From Podarcis vaucheri (taxonomy: Eukaryota): a stretch of DNA of 64,000 nucleotides. The notes beneath the pieces are model-generated. The model was not told the DNA's origin. It did not search any database and saw only the letters and a program-made list of their open reading frames with translations. The stretch lies in the NCBI GenBank assembly GCA_965113315.1, contig OZ220370.1; one strand, written 5' to 3'. Of the stretch, positions 34,332 to 46,276 are shown in pieces (positions within the stretch are counted from its first letter, which is position 1; each line of letters begins with the position of its first letter). The translations under genes were made by a program, and so were the position numbers.

Positions 34332-34351
34332 CAGCCACATGGTGGTAGTAC
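34332..34351 (+). promoter_or_regulatory. CSE/CTCF-like promoter motif, gene A4
   Basis: CAGCCACATGGTGGTAGTAC, core ~246 bp upstream of ATG 34581. Confidence 0.7.
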
Positions 34352-34580
34352 AGGCAAAGACATGAACTGGAATTCAGAATTTTGTGAAGGAACTCACAGG
34401 AAGCCATGAGCAAAAAGGTGGCTGGAACAAAGGACGGGTGACTTTCATTTGCCATAAAGAGATAACATACAGCACAGCAAAGCCATCAACACGGCAGCAT
34501 CAAATTCATTTCTACAGCAGCAGAGATTATCATTGGATGACTGTCAGAAACTTCATCTTTTGGCCAGAGATTCTTGAGCC

Positions 34581-37037
34581 ATGGGAGACGGCTACAGAAA
34601 GGAACAAGGTCTGTATTTTTTGCTTTTCCTTTGCCTTCCTGGAACACTGAGTATTTCACTTCACTATTCTGTGCCTGAAGAAAAGAAAAGGGGGTCTTTG
34701 GTGGCTAATGTGCTGGAGGATTTGAAACTGGGAACAGGGGAGCTCTCTGCTCGCAGAGCCCAGCTGGTTTCTAAGAACAGTAAGCAATATTTTCGTCTTG
34801 ATACCGAGACTGGGAATTTGTTGATAAATGATAAAATAGACCGAGAAACATTATGTGGCCAGACTGATCCTTGCTTGTTACACACTGAAATTGTGTTGCA
34901 AAATCCCTTAAAGATCTACAGCATTGAAATCAAGATAGAAGATGTGAATGATAATGTCCCCAAATTCTCTAAGAAGGCATTTGATCTGGAAATTCCTGAA
35001 AATTTCTCACCAAATACACATTTCCCTTTGGAATCTGCCCAAGATGAGGACCTGGGGATAAATAACATCCAAAACTATACTCTCAGTCCCAGTGAACATT
35101 TCCGGCTCGATGTTAAAAGTGAAGAGGATGGAACCAAGTATGTGGATCTTGTCCTGGAGAAGCCACTGGACAGGGAGAAGGACCCACACTTTGGATTGAC
35201 TCTCACAGCTGTGGATGGAGGGAAGCCACAGAGAACAGGGACAGTTCAAATAAATATTGATGTTCTTGACATCAATGATAATTCCCCACAGTTTACTCAT
35301 TCTGAATATAAAGTAAGGTTAAAGGAAAACAGTCCTCAGGACACCCTGGTCTCCAAAGTGGAAGCTACAGATTTGGATTTCAGTTCAAATGCACAGATCA
35401 CCTACTCATTCCACCGGGTACCTGAAAAAATATATGATTTGTTCCACCTAAATGAAAACACTGGGGAAATCACTCTTTCTGGTCAGCTTGATTATGAAAA
35501 AGAAACCAGTTACAGCATGAACATCAGAGCAACAGATGGAGGGGGTCTTTTGGGACATTGCAAGGTCCTAGTAGAGATTGAAGACGTGAATGATAATGTC
35601 CCTGAAGTGTCCATCATATCCATCACGAGTCCTTTGGCAGAGGATTCTCCCCTGGAGACACTTGTTGCTCTCTTCACTGTCACAGATCAAGACTCCGGAG
35701 ACAATGGCAGAACCATGTGTTCTGTGGAGGTAAATCTTCCTTTTATGTTAAAATCCACTATGAATAACTATTACCAGCTTGTGGTCCAAAGTCCCCTGGA
35801 CAGAGAGAAGGTCTCAGAGTATAATGTCACCATCACAGCCACTGACCGAGGCTCCCCCAGGCTCAGTTCAACAAGAGTGATTAATGTTCAGATCTCAGAT
35901 GTCAATGACAACCCTCCAGTATTTGAAAAGTCTTCATGTGAAATGCAGATACGGGAAAACAATATTCCAGGACTGCTCATTGGCTCAGTCCATGCTGCTG
36001 ATCTGGACACCGAGAAGAATGCCAAGGTCACCTACTCCCTTTTGCCTGGGAAGGTCACTGATGGCCTTGTGGCCTCTTACATCTCGGTCAACTCCGAAAG
36101 TGGAAATCTGTATGCCCTCCGATCTCTGGATTACGAGCAGATCAAAGATTTCAAAGTGACGGTGAGGGCTACAGATGGAGGGTCTCCTCCCCTCAGCTCA
36201 GAAGTTACTGTCCGAGTCGTAATCCTAGACGAAAACGACAACGCTCCCTTCTTCCTCTACCCTCTTCAGAACAGCACATCCCCCTGCAATGAGCTGGTGC
36301 CCAAGTCGGTGGAGGCCGGCTACCTGGTCACCAAGGTGGTGGCTGTGGATGGAGATTCTGGCCAGAACTCGTGGCTTTCCTATGAGCTGCTGAAGGCCAC
36401 AGACCCTGGTCTTTTCAGCATAGGAGCCCAGAATGGGGAAGTGAGAACCAGGAGAGCCCTGAGCGAGCGAGACACCAGCAAGCAGAGACTCCTGATAGTG
36501 GTCAGGGACAACGGGCTCCCTCCCCAGAGCAGCACTGCCATGCTCCATGTCCTTCCCGTGGGTGGCTTTTCGGATCCTTATAGGAAGGCTGTGGAGGTCA
36601 GGAAAGAGGAGCACGAAGAAGATGGGACCTTGACCTTGTACTTGGTGATCTGCCTGGCTGCAGTCTCCTTTGTGTTCCTCGTTTGCATTGTTTCCTTTGC
36701 TGCCATCAAGATCTGCAGGAGGGATCCCAGGGAAAGTTTTATCGCTGCCCCTCCTCACTTCCCACCTGCCAGACCCGACATCCCAGAGAACGGTGGCGAT
36801 TCTCAGAGCGGGTCTCTTTCCAGGAGTTACCACTACGATGTTTGCTTAACCGGTGGGTCCTTGAGCAGCGAGTTCAGATTCCTCAGGCCCCTCATTCCTG
36901 TTTTTTCTGTGGGGGACCCAAACCTCAATGTGAACCAGACCCCTCCGTCTGCTTCCCAAGATATTCCTAATCTGGTGGAAGAAAAAGAATCAGAGAAAAA
37001 GGTGAGGGATTATGCCAGTGAGTTAACTTGTGATTAA
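34581..37037 (+). CDS. PCDHB: Clustered protocadherin beta-like, subfamily A (A4)
   Basis: Full architecture and closest to A3; donor AAG|GTGAGG after 37001. Confidence 0.95.
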   Translation: MGDGYRKEQGLYFLLFLCLPGTLSISLHYSVPEEKKRGSLVANVLEDLKLGTGELSARRAQLVSKNSKQYFRLDTETGNLLINDKIDRETLCGQTDPCLLHTEIVLQNPLKIYSIEIKIEDVNDNVPKFSKKAFDLEIPENFSPNTHFPLESAQDEDLGINNIQNYTLSPSEHFRLDVKSEEDGTKYVDLVLEKPLDREKDPHFGLTLTAVDGGKPQRTGTVQINIDVLDINDNSPQFTHSEYKVRLKENSPQDTLVSKVEATDLDFSSNAQITYSFHRVPEKIYDLFHLNENTGEITLSGQLDYEKETSYSMNIRATDGGGLLGHCKVLVEIEDVNDNVPEVSIISITSPLAEDSPLETLVALFTVTDQDSGDNGRTMCSVEVNLPFMLKSTMNNYYQLVVQSPLDREKVSEYNVTITATDRGSPRLSSTRVINVQISDVNDNPPVFEKSSCEMQIRENNIPGLLIGSVHAADLDTEKNAKVTYSLLPGKVTDGLVASYISVNSESGNLYALRSLDYEQIKDFKVTVRATDGGSPPLSSEVTVRVVILDENDNAPFFLYPLQNSTSPCNELVPKSVEAGYLVTKVVAVDGDSGQNSWLSYELLKATDPGLFSIGAQNGEVRTRRALSERDTSKQRLLIVVRDNGLPPQSSTAMLHVLPVGGFSDPYRKAVEVRKEEHEEDGTLTLYLVICLAAVSFVFLVCIVSFAAIKICRRDPRESFIAAPPHFPPARPDIPENGGDSQSGSLSRSYHYDVCLTGGSLSSEFRFLRPLIPVFSVGDPNLNVNQTPPSASQDIPNLVEEKESEKKVRDYASELTCD

Positions 37038-37592
37038 TAATGCCTTTTGCTTGGTTATTAATAACATCAGATGTTCTTCTTCCATTGCTCTTTGCTGATA
37101 AAATATACAGTGACTAGAGAGATAAGGCTTCAGTTTTTAATTTTATTTCAAATCCATGTCACAATTGCTTCCGCTTACTCTACATCCTATTCTTCTTCTG
37201 TTCCTTTGTTCCCTTATTGTTGAGTCTTCTCTGTATTAAACTTAGCTCGAAATGCTATGTACTAATCACAGTTGCTGCATATACAGCTGTGTGTACTAGA
37301 ATATACCCCTAATGTGTCTAAGACAGCTTACATGCACACAGGGGCCCTTTATGAGACGGACTTCCCGGTTATATAAATTGTTTATAGGGACTCTTGGTAG
37401 TTGCACCCCATTTGCGGAGTGGCCTCCCAAGGGAGACTTGCCCAGAACCATCTTTCTGGCCTCTTTGGTGCTGGATTGAGAGCTTTTTATTGACCCAGAC
37501 TTTTAAAACAGTTTTCATTTCAAACAAACTAAATCTGGACTCTCATTGTGTTCTGTTTTGCCATTTGAACTGCTAATATGTTAAGGGTTAGG

Positions 37593-38070
37593 ATGCCCCG
37601 TCCATCCGTCTGGATTTCCCAAGCCACTCTGGGCTGCTTACAGAATATTTTAAAACATAAAAAACATCAAACATTAAAAACCTCCCAAAACAGGGCTGCT
37701 TTCAGAAGTTGTGTAGTTCTTTATCTCCTTGACATCTGAAGGGAGGGCATTACACAGGCAGGGTGCCACTGCCAAGAAGGCCCTCTGCCTGGTTCCCTGT
37801 AACTTCAGTTCTCGCAGTGAGGGAACCAGCAGAAGACCCTCAGGAGGACCTCTTTGTCTGGGCTGAGCAATGGGGGAGGAGACGCTCCTTCACGTATACT
37901 GGGCCAAGGTTATTTAAGGCCTTAAAGGTCAGCACCAACACTTTGATTTGTGCTCAGAAACACACTGGGAGCCAGTGAAGATCCTTTAGGACAAGAGTTG
38001 TATTATTCCGGCGGCCACCCCCAGTCACCAGTCTAGCTGCCACATCCTGGATTAGTTGTAGTTTCCAAGA
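37593..38070 (-). mobile_element. L2-like LINE 3' fragment
   Basis: Longer paralog of 31036-31306; family assignment is from recall. Confidence 0.55.
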
Positions 38071-39663
38071 TATGATGTATAAATGGGGTGGAGACTACAC
38101 ATTGGGAAGGTTGCAGCAGCCTGAAAAAATGTAAACATAATAATTCTGAGAGCAGGATTGAAGTTCCAATGCTTGTATTCAACTACTTCATACTCAGAGT
38201 AGACCCGTGGGAATCATTGATTTAAATGAGTGTACTCCAAGTATGACTTAGCTGCATATAAATCCTACAACCCACATATGGTTCCCATTTTAAGGTTTTT
38301 CTGATCAGCAGCGAGCAGGCATGCCAACTCTATAGGGCCGAGGTGTCTTCTGTCCCTCAAAATCTGTTGACAGGGGGCTAGACCCCCTCAATGTTTAGGC
38401 GGCAGAGGAAGTTGAGTGTGGAGCCGAGCATGGCGTAAATTCCTCCTGAGTGTGAGAGAGGTGGAGCTGCCGGCTATTGAAGCCACATTACATTTAGCTC
38501 CGTGTTTCAACTCCTCCTGATGATGCAACGTTGTGCACGAGCTGCACATATGACGTCACACACGAACAATGTGCACCCGTTGCATGATATTACATGCGCT
38601 TCATGTGTCATGTGCATGATGTCACACACACGCATGATGCAAGAAGTTTTGGGTGCAAGAAGGCAGGTTGCAGAAGAGCAATGGCCAAGGACACAGGAAC
38701 AAGAAGGGATAAAAACTGAAAGAGGAGCAGGGGCAGTTTTAATCAACAGAACGGTTTGAGTAAAGCATGGATTGAGGGACGCTGAAAAATCGTGGTTTTA
38801 TGCAACAGCAGACATTTGAATAAAGCAGGAATGGGGGAAAACTGAGAGGGGGAGAGTAGTGATTTTAAACAATGGCAGAGGTTTGAGTAGCCTGAGCAGG
38901 CATGACCCTGAAGGTGGGCGAAGTGGTGGTTTAAACCAGGGTTTGACTACAGTGAGAAGGGAGTTGGGAAGGCTCTGTTGTGTTAGCTTTTTGCTGTTAG
39001 ATTCTGTCTTGTCCCCTCTGTTGGTGGTTTCATTATTGGAGAGAAGGTGAAAAAGATGCACAATAGCTGGAAGAAGATGTAGCAAGTTAGCAAGGGAGTG
39101 GTTTGTGTGAAGGGGGTGTTGCACAAAAGTAGGGGGGAGGCATGGATATGGGGAGAAGGTAAAAAGTGGAGTACAAAGCTGGCTACAAATTGGGACTGCA
39201 GAAGAGGAGTGACCCCAGAAATGGAGTTGGAAGGTGAAAGGCAAGCTTAATAGTTGCATTAAGAAGGGGAAGCTCTTGGGGGTTAATGTTGGGGGAATGT
39301 AAGGGCCTTGGCAAGCAGAATGAGCAAGGAGCACAACCCCTGGTATATAACACAGGCGAAGGGGATATGCATTCTGAAATATTGTAATCTTTGCCAGTTG
39401 GTTGTGCACAGGATTTTTTCAGGTGGGCAGGGGTAAGGAAAACACTTAAAGGAGGAAATAGGTAACATCTCACAAAAACGGGGTCTGTACATATTGCTTC
39501 CTATCTCAGGTTCTATAAGTTCTAAAAAGAAAGCAAACTGGGAATATGGGGTTTATGTTCCATTGGGGTAGCTGTTCTCTTGCATCTCCACCCGGATGCT
39601 CATGTTTACCAGCTCTTATTCTGGAAAATCTTTTGGTTTTCATAACGCCATAACATAGTTCAA

Positions 39664-39685
39664 ACACAAGGTGGTGGTATTGCAC
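39664..39685 (+). promoter_or_regulatory. CSE/CTCF-like promoter motif, gene B4
   Basis: ACACAAGGTGGTGGTATTGCAC, ~261 bp upstream of ATG 39925. The promoter is near-identical to that of B2. Confidence 0.7.
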
Positions 39686-39924
39686 AAGATAAAAGAAGGA
39701 AATTGGGGAGCAGCAGTTGCTCTCCTCAAGAGCTGTAGCCATTAGACAAAGGAATCAGCACAGGAAAAACAGCAGACCCCTATTGCAAGCCAGTCTTCAG
39801 AAATTCCAGTAGGAATAAGCAGGACACAGTGTCACATTCAGAAGAAAAATACAGCTAAGAAGATAGACGCCTTGGAATAGACAAGAGGACAAAGCCTTGC
39901 ATTTCAGGAGGAGAGGCTGGGAGA

Positions 39925-42444
39925 ATGGAATTGCATCTCAAGATCAGGCAAGTTTGGTCTTTTTCCCTGTGTCTCTGTGCATGCATAGCTATGTGTGAGT
40001 CTTTCCACTATTCAGTGGCAGAGGAGGAGAAAAGTGGGTCTCTGGTAGCGAATGTGCTGAAGGATTTGAGAGTGGATGCAAAGGAGCTGTCTGCTCGGAG
40101 AGCCCGGCTGGTTTCTAAGAGCTCCAAGCAGTATTTCCAGCTGGATCCTCATTCTGGGGATGTGACAGTAAAGGATAAAATAGATCGGGAGTCCCTGTGT
40201 GGTCAGAATGAACCATGTATTCTACTGTCTGAAATTGTGCTGGAAAAGCCATTGCAGCTACACAGAATTGAAGTTCAGATAGAGGACGTGAATGATAATT
40301 CCCCCAAATTCTCTAAAAATCAATTCCTTCTTGAAATACCTGAGCAGACTCCTGTGGATATCAGATTTCCTTTGGAGAAAGCTCAAGATTCAGACAAAGG
40401 AAAAAATGCTGTTCAGAACTACACCCTTAGTCCTAATGAACATTTTAGGCTGGATGTGAAAAGTCACAGTGATGGTAGCAAATATTCAGAACTGGTGTTA
40501 GAGAAACCGCTAGACCGTGAGGTGAATCCACACATTTATCTTACTCTGTCAGCTATCGATGGGGGGATCCCAAAAAGAACTGGAACAACACAGCTTCTCA
40601 TAGATATTCTGGATGCTAATGATAATGTACCTCATTTTCCACAATCTGAGTACAAAGTGAAACTAATGGAAAACAGCCCATTGGATACATTGGTTGCAAA
40701 AGTGGAAGCCACTGACAGGGATTCTGGTACCAATGCTCACATCACTTATTCCTTCAGTGAAGTTCCAGAAGATGTGTTGAGATCATTCAAGTTAAACAAA
40801 CACACTGGGGAACTCACTGTTGTAGGGATGACTGACTATGAAGAAATCACCAGCTATGAGATGCACATCAAAGCCTCAGATGGAGGAGGGCTTTCAGCTT
40901 ACTGCAAAGTCATTGTAGACATTGAAGATGAGAACGACAATGCCCCAGAGATATCAATCACTTCCATCACCAGTCCCTTACCTGAGGACTCTCCCTCAGA
41001 GACAGTGGTGGCCCTCTTCAGTGTCACAGATGTGGACTCTGGGGACAGTGGCAGAACTGCCTGCACCACTGAAGTTAACCTGCCATTTGTACTAAAACTG
41101 ACGGAGAACAACTATTACCAGCTGGTGACCCAGCAACCACTGGACAGAGAAAAAGTCAGTGAATATAACATCACCATCACAGCCACTGACAAAGGCTCTC
41201 CCAGACTCACTTCCACAAGAATACTTCATGTGCAAATCTCAGATGTCAATGACAACCCTCCAGTGTTTGAAAAGCCATTCTATGAAATGCAGTTAAGAGA
41301 AAACAATATTCCTGGTCTTCTGATCAATTCGGTCCATGCAGTTGATCTGGACACAGCGCAGAATGCCAAAGTGACCTACTCACTTTTGCCTGGGAAGGTC
41401 AATGATGGCCCCACATCCTCTTACATCTCCATCAACTCTGAAACGGGGAACCTGTATGCCATCCGGTCTCTGGATTATGAGGAAGTAGAAGATTTCCAGG
41501 TGACGGTGAGGGCTGTGGATTCAGGTTCCCCTCCACTGAGCTCAGAGGTTCCCATCCGCGTTCAGGTCATGGATGAAAATGACAATGCCCCCTTCATCCT
41601 CTACCCTCTCCAGAATGGCACTTCCCCCCCGAATGACCTGGTTCCCCGAGGGGCAGAGACTGGCTACCTGGTCACCAAGGTGGTGGCTGTGGACAGGGAT
41701 TCTGCGCAGAACTCTTGGCTTTCCTACCAGCTGCTGAAGGCCACAGAGCCGGGTCTGTTCACGGTGGGGGCCCAGAATGGAGAAGTGACCACCCTGAGGC
41801 CGGTCAGCAACCGAGACAGCTTCAAGCAGAATCTGATTGTGGTGGTCCGAGACAACGGCCATCCTCCCCAGTCCACCTCTGCCACGCTCAGAATCCTCCT
41901 AGTGGACGGCTTCTCTGACCCTTATCTGAAAAGTGTGGCTCTCCCAAAGGAGGAAACAGTGGAGGAGGAAGACCCCAGCCTGACGATGTATTTGATCATC
42001 TGCTTGGCTGCCATCTCAAGCATCTTTCTCATTTCTGCGGTGGCGTTTATTGTAATCAAGTTGCAGAAACGTGAAAAGTTCATAGGAACCTACAACTCTG
42101 GAGCCAATTTCCCGGTGGGACCTGATTCCCAGGAGAACTCTGTGGATTCTGGTGCTGGATCTCTATCCCAGGCTTACAACTATGAGGTGTGCTTAGCTGG
42201 TGGGTCTCTGAACAGCGAGTTCAGGTTTCTCAGGCCCCTGTTTCCTGTTTTCTCTGTGGAGCCTCCTAACACTCAGGTGAATCCAAGGAGTTCCAATGAT
42301 TCTGAAGGTGTCCCATGTCATGCAGGTGAAAGTCAACATATCCTCCAGGTGAGAATATACTTTTCTTCATTTTTAACATTGCAAGGTATGCTAATGATTA
42401 TTTCCCTGTCTGTACTACAGTCTAGTTATTACGGAGGCATTTAA
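39925..42444 (+). CDS. PCDHB: Clustered protocadherin beta-like, subfamily B (B4)
   Basis: Full architecture; donor CAG|GTGAGA after 42348. Confidence 0.95.
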   Translation: MELHLKIRQVWSFSLCLCACIAMCESFHYSVAEEEKSGSLVANVLKDLRVDAKELSARRARLVSKSSKQYFQLDPHSGDVTVKDKIDRESLCGQNEPCILLSEIVLEKPLQLHRIEVQIEDVNDNSPKFSKNQFLLEIPEQTPVDIRFPLEKAQDSDKGKNAVQNYTLSPNEHFRLDVKSHSDGSKYSELVLEKPLDREVNPHIYLTLSAIDGGIPKRTGTTQLLIDILDANDNVPHFPQSEYKVKLMENSPLDTLVAKVEATDRDSGTNAHITYSFSEVPEDVLRSFKLNKHTGELTVVGMTDYEEITSYEMHIKASDGGGLSAYCKVIVDIEDENDNAPEISITSITSPLPEDSPSETVVALFSVTDVDSGDSGRTACTTEVNLPFVLKLTENNYYQLVTQQPLDREKVSEYNITITATDKGSPRLTSTRILHVQISDVNDNPPVFEKPFYEMQLRENNIPGLLINSVHAVDLDTAQNAKVTYSLLPGKVNDGPTSSYISINSETGNLYAIRSLDYEEVEDFQVTVRAVDSGSPPLSSEVPIRVQVMDENDNAPFILYPLQNGTSPPNDLVPRGAETGYLVTKVVAVDRDSAQNSWLSYQLLKATEPGLFTVGAQNGEVTTLRPVSNRDSFKQNLIVVVRDNGHPPQSTSATLRILLVDGFSDPYLKSVALPKEETVEEEDPSLTMYLIICLAAISSIFLISAVAFIVIKLQKREKFIGTYNSGANFPVGPDSQENSVDSGAGSLSQAYNYEVCLAGGSLNSEFRFLRPLFPVFSVEPPNTQVNPRSSNDSEGVPCHAGESQHILQVRIYFSSFLTLQGMLMIISLSVLQSSYYGGI

Positions 42445-42644
42445 GCATGAGCACAATGAATTGTAAATGGGGGGAATATTACTCTCTCTTTTTTTTCATT
42501 CATCCATTGAATTTTCTTAATGATCTTATGTATATATTAGCTGCTGACAATTAAACCACATAACAGATTATTAGGAATAAAATGGAGATTTCCACACAAG
42601 TGTATCTCTTGTATAAGTGCAAAATTGGTTTTATTTTTATTTAA

Positions 42645-42658
42645 CCACAAGGTGGCAG
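42645..42658 (+). promoter_or_regulatory. CSE/CTCF-like promoter motif, gene A5
   Basis: CCACAAGGTGGCAG, a near-consensus CTCF core 250 bp upstream of ATG 42895. Confidence 0.75.
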
Positions 42659-42894
42659 AATTGGCCAACATTTTCATGGACACTGAGAATATTGTATTGT
42701 TGCGTTTATTGAAACATTGAAGAGGCAGTATAGCAATGATACGGGAGGTAGATGCTGGTGTGAAGATATGAGGCTCAGGAGAATGAAATACAATAAAAAT
42801 TGCAGCACAAAGATTATTCATCAAGCTGCAAAGATGATCAGAGGATGAAAGAAGCTTTGGTCAGTGCTTTAACACTCTGGAAGAGGTGGAAACC

Positions 42895-45294
42895 ATGAAC
42901 GATAGCTTCAGAAAGATGAGAGGTCTGTATCTTTTGCTTTTTCTCTTTGTGTTGAAAACAGTCTGCATTTCATTTCGCTATTCTGTACCTGAAGAAAAGA
43001 AAAAGGGGTTTTTGGTGGCTAATGTGCTGGAGGATTTGAAACTGGGAAAAGGGGAGCTCTCTGTTCGCAGAGCCCAGCTAGTGTCCAAAAGCACAAAGCA
43101 ATATTTCCACCTTGATACTCACTCTGGGAATTTGCTGATAAATGATAAAATAGACAGAGAAGCTTTATGTGGCCAGACTGATCCTTGTATGCTGCTCTCT
43201 GAAATTGTGCTTCAAAACCCCTTAAATATCTACAGTATAGAAATGAAGATAGAAGATGTGAATGACAATACTCCCAAATTCTCTAAAGATAAATTTGATC
43301 TGGAAATTCCAGAGATGGTTCCTACAAACACACAGTTTCTCTTGGAATCTGCCCAAGATGAGGACTTAGGAGAAAACAGTATCCAAAACTACACACTCAG
43401 TCCCAATGAGCATTTTCGACTATATGTGGAAAGCAACAAGGATGGAAGGAAATATGTGCATCTTGTTCTGGAGAAGCCATTGGACAGGGAGAAGGAGCCA
43501 CACTTTGGATTGACCCTCATGGCTGTAGATGGAGGGGTCCCACAGAGAACAGGAACAGTTAAAATAAATATTGATGTTCTTGACAATAATGACAACTTTC
43601 CTCTGTTTACCCAGCCTGAATACAAAGCTAGGTTAAAAGAAAACAGCCCACAGGGCACTCTGGTCTTCAAAGTAGAAGCTACAGATTTGGATTTTGGTTC
43701 GAATGCACAGATCACCTACTCATTCCACCAGGCACCGGAAAAAATATACAGTTTCTTTTATTTAAATGAAATCACGGGGGAAATCACTCTTTCTGGTCAG
43801 CTTGATTATGAAAAAGAAACCAGGTATGACATGAACATTAGAGCAACAGATGGAGGAGGTCTTTCAGGTCACTGCAAGGTCCTGGTAGAGATTGAGGATG
43901 TGAATGACAATGTCCCTGAAGTGTCCATCATATCCATCACTAGTCCTCTGGCAGAGGATTCTCCCCTGGAGACACTTGTGGCTCTCTTCACTGTCACAGA
44001 CCGAGACTCCGGAGACAATGGCAGAACCATGTGCTCTGTGGAGGCAAACCTTCCTTTTATGTTAAAATCCACTATGAATAACTATTACCAGCTTGTGGTC
44101 CAAAGTCCCTTGGACAGAGAGAAGGTCTCAGAGTATAATGTCACCATCACAGCCACTGACCGAGGCTCCCCCAGGCTCACTTCAACAAGAGTGATTAACA
44201 TTGAGATCACAGATGTCAATGACAACCCTCCAGTATTTGAAACGTCTTCATGTGAAATGCAGATACGGGAAAACAATATTCCAGGACTGCTCATTGGCTC
44301 AGTCCATGCTGCTGATCTGGACACCGAGAAGAATGCCAAGGTCACCTACTCCCTTTTGCCTGGGAAGGTCACTGATGGCCTTGTGGCATCTTACATCTCA
44401 GTCAACTCTGAAAGCGGAAATCTGTATGCCCTCCGATCTCTGGATTACGAGCAGATCAAAGATTTCAAAGTGACGGTGAGGGCTACAGATGGAGGGTCTC
44501 CTTCCCTCAGCTCAGAAGTTAGTGTCCGAGTCGTAATCCTAGACGAAAACGACAACGCTCCCTTCTTCCTCTACCCTCTTCAGAACAGCACATCCCCCTG
44601 CAATGAGCTGGTCCCCAAGTCGGTGGAGGCCGGCTACCTGGTCACCAAGGTGGTGGCTGTGGATGGAGATTCTGGCCAGAACTCGTGGCTTTCCTATGAG
44701 CTGCTGAAGGCCACAGACCCTGGTCTTTTCAGCATAGGAGCCCAGAATGGGGAAGTGAGAACCAGGAGAGCCCTGAGCGAGCGAGATACCAGCAAGCAGA
44801 GACTCCTGATAGTGGTCAGGGACAACGGGCTCCCTCCCCAGAGCAGCACTGCCATGCTCCATGTCCTTCCCGTGGGTGGCTTTTCGGATCCTTATATGAA
44901 GGCTGTGGAGGTCAGTAAAGAGGAGCACGAAGAAGATGGAACCTTGACCTTGTACTTGGTGATCTGCCTGGCTGCAGTCTCCTTTGTGTTCCTCGTTTGC
45001 ATTGTTTCCTTTGCTGCCATCAAGATCTGCAGGAGGGATCCCAGGGAAAGTTTTATTGCTGCCCCTCCTCACTTCCCACCTGCCAGACCCGACATCCCAG
45101 AGAACGGTGGCGATTCTCAGAGCGGGTCTCTTTCCAGGAGTTACCACTATGATGTTTGCTTAACCGGTGGGTCCTTGAGCAGCGAGTTCAGATTCCTCAG
45201 GCCCCTCATTCCTGTTTTTTCTGTGGGGGACCCAAACCTCAGTGTGAACCAGGCCCCTCCGTCTGCTTCCCAAGATATTTCCGATGCTTTGTAG
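42895..45294 (+). CDS. PCDHB: Clustered protocadherin beta-like, subfamily A (A5), with a stop 7 codons before the donor
   Basis: ATG 42895 (ACCATG). Full ectodomain and TM. TAG at 45292-45294 where A1 has GAG. Donor CAG|GTGAGA still present after 45315. Confidence 0.9.
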   Translation: MNDSFRKMRGLYLLLFLFVLKTVCISFRYSVPEEKKKGFLVANVLEDLKLGKGELSVRRAQLVSKSTKQYFHLDTHSGNLLINDKIDREALCGQTDPCMLLSEIVLQNPLNIYSIEMKIEDVNDNTPKFSKDKFDLEIPEMVPTNTQFLLESAQDEDLGENSIQNYTLSPNEHFRLYVESNKDGRKYVHLVLEKPLDREKEPHFGLTLMAVDGGVPQRTGTVKINIDVLDNNDNFPLFTQPEYKARLKENSPQGTLVFKVEATDLDFGSNAQITYSFHQAPEKIYSFFYLNEITGEITLSGQLDYEKETRYDMNIRATDGGGLSGHCKVLVEIEDVNDNVPEVSIISITSPLAEDSPLETLVALFTVTDRDSGDNGRTMCSVEANLPFMLKSTMNNYYQLVVQSPLDREKVSEYNVTITATDRGSPRLTSTRVINIEITDVNDNPPVFETSSCEMQIRENNIPGLLIGSVHAADLDTEKNAKVTYSLLPGKVTDGLVASYISVNSESGNLYALRSLDYEQIKDFKVTVRATDGGSPSLSSEVSVRVVILDENDNAPFFLYPLQNSTSPCNELVPKSVEAGYLVTKVVAVDGDSGQNSWLSYELLKATDPGLFSIGAQNGEVRTRRALSERDTSKQRLLIVVRDNGLPPQSSTAMLHVLPVGGFSDPYMKAVEVSKEEHEEDGTLTLYLVICLAAVSFVFLVCIVSFAAIKICRRDPRESFIAAPPHFPPARPDIPENGGDSQSGSLSRSYHYDVCLTGGSLSSEFRFLRPLIPVFSVGDPNLSVNQAPPSASQDISDAL

Positions 45295-46276
45295 AGCAGG
45301 AAGCCAGCGGAACAGGTGAGATAATTTTAAAGAACCTTTTGCTGAATATAGAGGGGGGGAGGGAAAGATTCAAATATGATTTCTGCAATGATATTCTGTG
45401 AAACACCTGAACAACCTGGCTGTACTATTTGGTAAAGTGAGACGTCTATATGTGAGAGCTGGTTAGGGCTGAGTGGGGTTTTGATTGCAGTTACCCTCAC
45501 ACATCCATTGTGGATCAGTGATGGTTCTTTGCCTGTAGTTATTCCACTGCTGCAGGTCTTAACTGTCCCATTGCACCTGTTTCAGGATCCTTCTCTTTCC
45601 TTTCAGGCATCCTTGTGCCCTTATTAGGGGGGTTGCACTCAGAGACCTTGTTTCAAATCCCTGTTGAGCCATTAACTCACTGGGTGGCCTCTGAAATCTA
45701 TTGTATCTCAGTCTTAGTCCATCAAGGCATTGAAAACTTGGAGAGCGACTTCTAATCAGACATTACGGGCGTAGATAAACCAGTGGTAGGATTTTGTGTT
45801 ATGACCTTTCGGGAGGGAAAAAGGAATAAAAATGTAACAACCTGCAAGGGTGATGGTGGAGGATAGGAACCATAAGCACAAAAGTATAAATGTATGGAAG
45901 CCGGTCAAATATTGAGTAAGTCTCAAATCCCCGCTGGCAACACCTTCAGATCCTGCAACATTTTAAAGTAACCCAATGTAGAGATAATGGGGTGACTTGA
46001 CTCCACCACAAGCTATTGCTTCGCTCCCACCGGATATCCCTTCCCTGAATGCTTTGCATTATGGAGGTGTTTTACATGAGGCCACCTTCCTTTATCCTTT
46101 TCACATCATCTCTCTGGCTCCCCTCTCCCACTGCCTCTGTCTACTCTTGGTCCAGGTTTCTCTTCTCTTCTCCCAACAGCACATATCTTCCTTTTCAGTT
46201 TATACTCACCCAGATTCCTTAAAAGTGCAGGCTGAAATGGAGGCCACATCCGCACCATATATTTATAGCACATCTA

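Noticed and set aside
38798-39409. 203-aa minus-strand ORF
   Set aside because: Low-complexity Leu/Pro/Ser-rich translation with a non-ATG start; at most a decayed LINE remnant (KPWF). Not supportable as a gene.
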